Source: a virus (taxonomy: Duplodnaviria; Caudoviricetes). Taken from it: a DNA stretch of 64,000 bases. A program made the position numbers and the translations under genes. Below the pieces are notes generated by a model, which was given only the letters and a program-made list of their open reading frames with translations, was not told the DNA's origin and ran no database searches. The stretch lies in the IMG/VR virus record IMGVR_UViG_3300030104_006170; one strand, 5' to 3'. Below are positions 46,457-54,200 of the stretch, one piece after another; within the stretch, counting starts at the first letter, position 1, and the number at the start of each line of letters is the position of its first letter.

Positions 46457-47377
46457 CTAAAAGTTAGTTATTGTACTAAACGCTTGACTAAAATCAATAT
46501 TGTTTCCTCTATTTTGTTTTACTTCATATAATTGTCCATTAAACTGGTCTCTTACTTCATATAAGTCATATTGCATGTATATGTTGTCAGCACCAGATAA
46601 ATCATAGAGAGTGTAAATTCCATTATCGATAGATTTGGCTTGATTTCCATACAGTGCGATAGCTAGTGTATCGAAATCGTGGTCTACCATTTCTATGTCG
46701 AGTACGGTTGGGTTAAAGTAAGTGTTAGTGATTATGACTGATTGTCCTGGTTGTCCTATAAAAGGAATAGCATTTGGGTTATTAGATGGTGCACTTGTAG
46801 GTGTTAGGGTACAATAAACCAAATTAGTCTTTGCATTTGTATATACGTATCTAGGTGATGTTTGACTAGGGTTGGTGTTATTTTGTTCTACTGTTGTACA
46901 ATAAAAATTAGAAGTAACTATTCTGTAAAAATTATTTATTTTTGCTCCACTATCTGCATCTAAGTATTCTATTCTATAACCTACTAAATCCATAGGTGAA
47001 AATCTATTTCTAAATTGTATAGGTATACTATTTAAATCAAATACCAGACCTTTCACATTAGGTAGTGATGATAATATACCACAATCTAATATAGTAGTTC
47101 TTATTTCTATTGGTCTTATATAAACAGTATATACACCTTTATTAGAAAATACAGCTGAAGGTAATTTTAAATCGTATAAACCACCCAATATTTCTCCTGC
47201 TGGTCCACCTGTTTGTAGTCCATTATGTACTATAGGTGTTAATACACTTGCTGCGTTTATTTCAAAAACAGAAACAGGGGAACTTGCATCTCGGTTTGCC
47301 TGTTGATGTACTAATATTTGTACGTCTTCAACTTTTACGTCCGCTGGTCTTTTAATTCCGTATGCTCCTAATGCCAT
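46457..47377 (-). CDS. Putative virion structural protein
   Basis: 306-aa ORF in the structural operon; beta-rich composition. Confidence 0.65.
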   Translation of the reverse strand: MALGAYGIKRPADVKVEDVQILVHQQANRDASSPVSVFEINAASVLTPIVHNGLQTGGPAGEILGGLYDLKLPSAVFSNKGVYTVYIRPIEIRTTILDCGILSSLPNVKGLVFDLNSIPIQFRNRFSPMDLVGYRIEYLDADSGAKINNFYRIVTSNFYCTTVEQNNTNPSQTSPRYVYTNAKTNLVYCTLTPTSAPSNNPNAIPFIGQPGQSVIITNTYFNPTVLDIEMVDHDFDTLAIALYGNQAKSIDNGIYTLYDLSGADNIYMQYDLYEVRDQFNGQLYEVKQNRGNNIDFSQAFSTITNF

Positions 47378-47380
47378 AGT

Positions 47381-47602
47381 TTATGGTTGTTTTTCTATTT
47401 TATAATATCCGTACCCGTGTAGTTCTAAATCTCCAGTACTATTTATTTGTCCTAATCTTTGTGGTTTTTCAAATACGGTTATTTTACCTCTTTCAATAAA
47501 TATATTTGACCTTACTTCCGGTCTTTGACAAACATTCATTAATACCTCTAATTTTGTTAGGGGTAAAATACATCCTACTGTTTTTACTTCTGTTAATGCC
47601 AT
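47381..47602 (-). CDS. Small structural-module protein (73 aa)
   Basis: TKLEVLMNV...PEVRSNIFIERGK...QRLGQI...GDLELHGYGYY; has its own ATATTTAT upstream (47616-47623). Confidence 0.7.
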   Translation of the reverse strand: MALTEVKTVGCILPLTKLEVLMNVCQRPEVRSNIFIERGKITVFEKPQRLGQINSTGDLELHGYGYYKIEKQP

Positions 47603-47631
47603 TACTTATTTTATAATAAATATCATAACAC

Positions 47632-48264
47632 TTATTTCTCTACTAGTTCTGATGTAGGAAAATATTTTTTATATTCTCTTAGATAAATTTCATCGTCGTA
47701 TTTAAAACCATTATTAATTCTGGTTATTTGTTTTTGTGATGGAAATTGTAGTTTAGTAACCCACAGTCCATTAATAACTTCTTCTTCTATATTCCAATTA
47801 GAAACTATCAATCCGTTTCTTTTAACGTGTTCTGCATAGGCAAGACCTACTTTTTCAAAACTATATGGTTTACAATTTTCTATACCTCCTCTGTAACAAA
47901 TTTTATTTAGTTCTACATTTTCTCTATTTTGGTAATAAATGTCTATGTAAAAATCACAATCCTCTAATGCTATTCTAGATAAATCTATCAAAGTATCCCT
48001 AATTAGTTCTAAAGTATTCTCACCATCGTCCACTAAAATAATATCTATATCCCAACTTTGCCAAGGCAGATTCCCTTTTATATAGTTTGGGAATGAACCA
48101 GTTAGTAATAAGTCAAAATTATTAAAATATGGTTTTTCTTCTATAATACTTAACCATTTTTCAAATCTTCTTAACGTTGGTCTATATATTTTCTTATTTA
48201 CTGATATAGGCCCTACTTCAAATCTAAAAAATCTTCCAAATTCTATTTCTCTCCTTATACTCAT
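47632..48264 (-). CDS. Pol-beta superfamily nucleotidyltransferase-like protein
   Basis: LLLTGSF...SWDIDIILVD (GS plus DxD) and a third acidic position in YIDIY. Confidence 0.6.
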   Translation of the reverse strand: MSIRREIEFGRFFRFEVGPISVNKKIYRPTLRRFEKWLSIIEEKPYFNNFDLLLTGSFPNYIKGNLPWQSWDIDIILVDDGENTLELIRDTLIDLSRIALEDCDFYIDIYYQNRENVELNKICYRGGIENCKPYSFEKVGLAYAEHVKRNGLIVSNWNIEEEVINGLWVTKLQFPSQKQITRINNGFKYDDEIYLREYKKYFPTSELVEK

Positions 48265-48265
48265 A

Positions 48266-51200
48266 TTAACTTAACTCTGTAGGGCCATCACTCACAGAAG
48301 GCATACATTTACATTTATTCCAATCCCAGTAATATCCCTTAGCACAACTTTCAGTTTGTATACAAGGTTCTTCTGTTGGTTCTAAATCATCATCGTGTGG
48401 ACCAATTATTATTGGGACACAACTACAATCTGCTTGTGACCAAACTTGTCCCAGAGGACATGCCCACGATGGTGGTACACAGCACTTGGATGGTGATTGT
48501 GAAGTCCAACCAATACCCAACCAAAACTCACAATCACAAGGAACAGATGAGGTATTTAAGGTTTGGTAACTCCAAGTACCATCTTTTTTAAGTTTTCCAC
48601 AACACTCTTCACATGGTTGGTCTGGTGGTGGACAAGGTGCATTTTGACATGCTTGTAAACTACTATATGCACCACCTTGTGTTGGTATACAGTCATAATT
48701 ACTTGGGTTACCTAAAAGTGGTCTATGTACACAATCGTATTTTAGAGTACCACCGTTATTACATGGGAATACCCCTGTAGATGAACAACTAACCCAACCA
48801 GTCCATTTTCCGGTAAATGTAGAATACATTCCATAATATTCTAATATTCCATCACCATTCATATCGTATATACTACAAGCTTGAGATTGGGAATGAGGGT
48901 CAGATGCCCACGCCTCACCAAAATCATCTACGTCTGATGATTCCATACAACAATAACAACAACCGTCAGTTGGGTCTACGACACACTGGTTATGTGTAAA
49001 ATGTTGATGTCCTACGGTTTTCCACTGTAAAGGTAAAGTTGCTCCCCAGTTAGTAGCCATGTAAGTGTCACAATTATCACAATCTACTGTTGTCCCGGTA
49101 GTTGAGTTGCAAGGACCTCCGTCAGTTGTGATTTTACAACCCATCCACATTCCCCCACCTATATTTACACCTACATGTAATGATGGTTGATGTTGGGATT
49201 TACAGATTGGTTTTGATGGTGTAGGTCCTGAATTTCCTGGACCTGAACCTCCTGGACCTGAACCTCCTGGACCTGAGTGAGATATAGTACCATCATTCCT
49301 TGTAATTGCATGGTCGTCATCATGTGGGTCTGGTCCGGTAAAAGCTCTAACACAACAATAACAACAACCGTCAGTTGGGTCTGTCACACAATCATTCTCT
49401 ACATAGTGTGGGTTGAATGTGGAGTACCATATACCTTCATAATCTATAGGTCCTGATAAATAACCAGATAAGGTTTGTGCACAATCTTCACAACCTGATT
49501 TACAATCTGCTACACATAGTGATAAAGCGTTTGGTCCTTGGTATTGAGCTGTACCTGTATTATTTTGAACACAATTACACGTACCAGGACAATTAACACA
49601 ATCGTAACCTATATCTGGTGGTGTTGTTGGACATAGTGGGTCACAAGGCCACCATATTGGTCCTCTATTTTGAGCATTTTGTTCTTGGGTTGTTGCTGGT
49701 GTTGTTGTACCATTATAAAATAATCCTAATAAGTGGTTTTGGTAGATTTGACTAGGTGAATAATTCATAATATCACTACCAGTAAAATGACAACTATCAC
49801 AAACTAAGACATAACAACAATCATCATATGGGTCTTGGACTATATCAAATGCATTATATATGGTTGCTGTAAACCAAAGACCCACAATATTTGTTGAGGC
49901 TAGTGGAAGAGTTTGTGTAAAACCTATACTATATGTACCATTATGTTTGATGTAAGTAGGTGTTATAAAAGAAGACGGTGGACACTCTTTAGCACAGTCA
50001 TCTGATTGTATTTCACAACAATTTGATATTGGTATTCCGTTTTGACAATCAGATAGGGAAGAATATGTACCAAACAGAGGATTGGCTACACATTTACATA
50101 AACCATTATTACCCACAACACAGTCCCATCTTGTTTTTCCTGTATAACAACACTCATTAACTTGAGCTTCACAATCTGCTTGACTTGCGTATCCACCACC
50201 AGGAGAAGCTGTTTGTACACATTTACACCCTGTTGGTGTACCGAAGTCTATACATTCCCATTCTTTAGTTACTCCAGTATAACAACAATTATGGTTTACA
50301 GCTGTCTGACAATCGTGTAAAGTTGCATATTGGTCAAAAGGCCCACCTAGAACACAATTACAATCAGGTGTGCATTTCCATCTATCTGGCATTGTGTTAC
50401 CTGAACAACATGTAGTTGGGTCATTTTCACAATCAAATAAAGCGTTTGGTCCGGTATAACTACCCATCCCTGCTGGTACAACAACACATTCACATTTAAA
50501 ATTATGTGCACCTACAGGACCTATAACTGGAATTTGTCTACACTCATACTCATCATACCTTACCGTACAACAATTTTGAGAATTATAACACTCTGTTTGA
50601 GAACTAAATCCTGTTATATCATTTGGAATGAATACACAGTCACAAATTTTTGGGTCGCATTTCCAACTACCACAACAAGGGTCATTATTTAAAGTAGCTT
50701 GACAATCGGGTAGATTATTAAAAGCTCCTGTAGGACCAGTAATCATAACACAAGTACATGGACTTTGTCTACACTCACATGGGTCTAGTGTTATAGTCAT
50801 ACATTTGTCTCTAGTTTTAGAACCCCATACAAGATTTATCCCTAAACACACATCATCAAAACTACTTGATAAACTCAATAGTGTACCGGTTGGTGATGTT
50901 ACACCAGCACCTGCTAAACTAGTAATCATGGAACTCCATGTGTTATAAGTTTGAGGTATCCCTAAGCTCATTCCAGCACTGATATGTATACCTATTGGTC
51001 CACCTGGAGTAACTAATGGTAATCCATTGTCTAAACATGGATTAGTTGGACTAAATGGGAATCCCCCATAAGGAAATTTAATATTGTATATATTAGTAGT
51101 TTGTAAGTAGGGTACCCCACTAGGATTTCCTATCATTTGTAGTACGTCATGTTGGTCTAAGAGTGTGGTTGTTGGTGTAATTTTTGTTAGGTTAGAACAA

Positions 51201-54200
51201 CTATCAGTACTAACACCTGGTATACAATCATAAGTGTTTTGTATAACACCTGGCACACATTTAGGGTCACACGGTACCCACTGTAAACTTCCTGTTCCAC
51301 CTCCTGGCCAAACAGGTGTATTTGTACTTAAATCATTAATGTATGCTTGATAATAGAAATAAGGTGGTATTGTCCAGTCTTGAGAGTTTTCAGAAACATT
51401 CACATAACAACATCTAGTATTATCAAAATTAAATGTCACAACATCACCTGGATTATACGCTTGTCCTGAAACCCACGCTGGAGCTCCAGTAATCATATTA
51501 ACTGGTGTAGAACCAAGTACCCAACTAGCAGTACCTACGTCCCACATTTGATAAGTTATTGGACTATTTGTAGTACATTCATAACATTCACAACAAGTAC
51601 CATCATCACCTAATAAAGTTAATCCTTGAACGTAGATATCACAATCAGCCATATTAGAAAATGGGTAAGGTGCACATGAAGGTGAAATTGGTGCAAGTAC
51701 AAAAGTACATTGACATTGTGGTACTGGTTGTACACAGTCCCCACAAACAAAATTACATTCGTTAGTACATGCTGCAGCATTAGTACCATAGAAAGACACA
51801 CATGGATTACCATCACTTCCTGTTGGTGCTGCACCTATATAAGATATACATCCGTCAATTGCGTGACAACAATATTCTGTTTGTGGTTCAAAACAAGTTT
51901 TACTACCAGTTATTGTAAATTGTTGTTGTCCACAATCACCTGGTGATAATGAACTTGGTAATCCTGTCCCACAAGATGCAGTTCCACCACTACAGAATTG
52001 GTCACCCCATGAACATGCTACAACCGCTGGGTCACCACATAAATCACAGAAACCAGTACCTGGAGGTGCACAATCACAACAAAATCTACAAAATTCTTGA
52101 CATTGTGCTTGTGATGGGAATCCCTGACCTACAGGTAAATTACCTAAAGCTACTGCCCAATTATAGTTATTGTTTGGGTCTGAAGGTCCACCAGCTCCTT
52201 GACCATAAGCTTGTGATTGATATGATGATGATTGTGATGCGAAATATGAACTAGGTTGACATGGTTGAGACCCTGGGGTATTGTAAAGTCCGGCATCCGC
52301 ACCCGCATGGTCACACCACCATTCTTCAACTTGGTTTTGACATAAACAATCGGTATTTGCCAATTCACAAGCCGCAGCTGAAGGATAAGTAACTGCCGCT
52401 AAAGACATCGGTATGAATTGACAAGTTTGTGCACCTTGGGTATTACACTCCCAGGTACACCATTCTTGACACCCACTTAAACTAGAGAATGTACCTCCGG
52501 TACCATAGACTGGATAACAACCTACACCCCCCACACAAGGATTACCATTTACAGTTGGACAGTTACAACTATGGTCACATTCCCAAGTGGTTATACCAGT
52601 TGTAGAACCAGTACAACAATCAAATAATCCTGTGGACAATTGTGTTTGACATGTATCTAAAGAATCGTAAGGCCAAAAATATGAACTTGTAACCTGGAAA
52701 ACTATACCTGGTTGTACAGGTGGATAAGTAAATGGAAATGGTGAATACCCATTAAAATAAATCCCTAAATCACCTGTTCCTGGTGAATATATATCATTTA
52801 AATAATCTTGTAAAACTGTGCAGTTTGAAATTTCTGCTGGTCCTCCTGTTGGTGGTCCAGGGTCTGCACAATAACAATCAGCTCTACATTGGTCATTGGA
52901 AACACCAATTAATGGTGTACCACAAGTAGACGCGGTATAACAATTATTTTGTGTTTGCCATATAGAGATGTTCATGGCAGCTGGTGGGTTAAACACACAA
53001 TTAGAAGTTACACAACCAGAAGTTGTACATTGATATGTTTGTGCTGAAGTAGGTCCTTCACAAGGACCGCAAGGGTCTCCAATAACCGGTGTTGGTGTAG
53101 ATGGGTCATAGGATGGTAACCTTTCACATGTTTGCCAACAATTTGGTGTTCCGTCAGGGTAATCTCCATCATCTGGTGGACTAGAGTCACAATCATAACC
53201 TGTTCCCGTTGTATCAGGAGGACACATACATATCCAACAACATTCAGCTGTATTTGCGTCACCATAACTTACCGTTTCAAACATACTATAAGTGTTGGCG
53301 TTAGACCATGGTCCTGACCAAGTAAAAGCTGTGGTTATTGGTATTCCATTAATTGTTAACCAATCTTGACATGCACAATTACAAGTTTCTTCTAGTGGTG
53401 CACAACAAGTCATACCTGTTGTACTTAGTGGGTCTGGACATAATGAGTTAACACAATCTACCATATCACAATAAGGTAAACCTGGATGGTCCGCAAAACA
53501 CTGTACAATACCAGTTAGTCCATTCATTGTATTTACGTAAGCTGGAGAACAACAGTTAACGAAACCAGGACCAGTTGTATCATCTAAATCAGTTTGTGAT
53601 ATCCAATAACATGGGGTTTGTCCACCTCCACCACCTTGTAGTGCAGGTCCAGTAGTTGTAAAAGATGTGTAACCCAGGTATCCAGCTTGTAGTGGGTCAT
53701 CCTCACATACCGCCCTACAACATTCTGTTGCATTACAACATTCTTCAAAAGAAGTATAACCTGTAGGATTACCAGCTGGGTCTGTTGGTGAACCTGGAGA
53801 CCAAGTAACACCAACTTGTGTCATTAAGTATAGACTAGCATAATACATACACCCACCAACTTGTTGTCCTATTTGTGCGGGTGGATTGGTGTCATCATAA
53901 ACAAAACAATCATATCCACCAGGACATGTACAAGCACTTTGACATTGTTGTGCGGAGAGGAAGGTTGGTACGTTTGTCCACGCTGCTGGAACCCAAGGGT
54001 CAGTACCTGTATTAGATACTGGCCAGTAAGGACAATCTAGAGCATTTGTAACTGGGTCTTGATATGGGTAACATGGTACGTTTGAACCGTTTATAACATT
54101 TAAACAGTCACAAACATAACATTCTGTCGCACAAGAACATACCATTTCACAGTCTTGTAATCCTTGTGGTGTATATGGGTAACCACAATTTAATGTATAA

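Noticed and set aside
48947-49382. Possible diversity-generating retroelement TR/VR pair or CRISPR repeats
   Set aside because: There are only two copies, they are identical rather than differing at adenines, both are in frame within one CDS, and no reverse transcriptase or cas operon is in the window.
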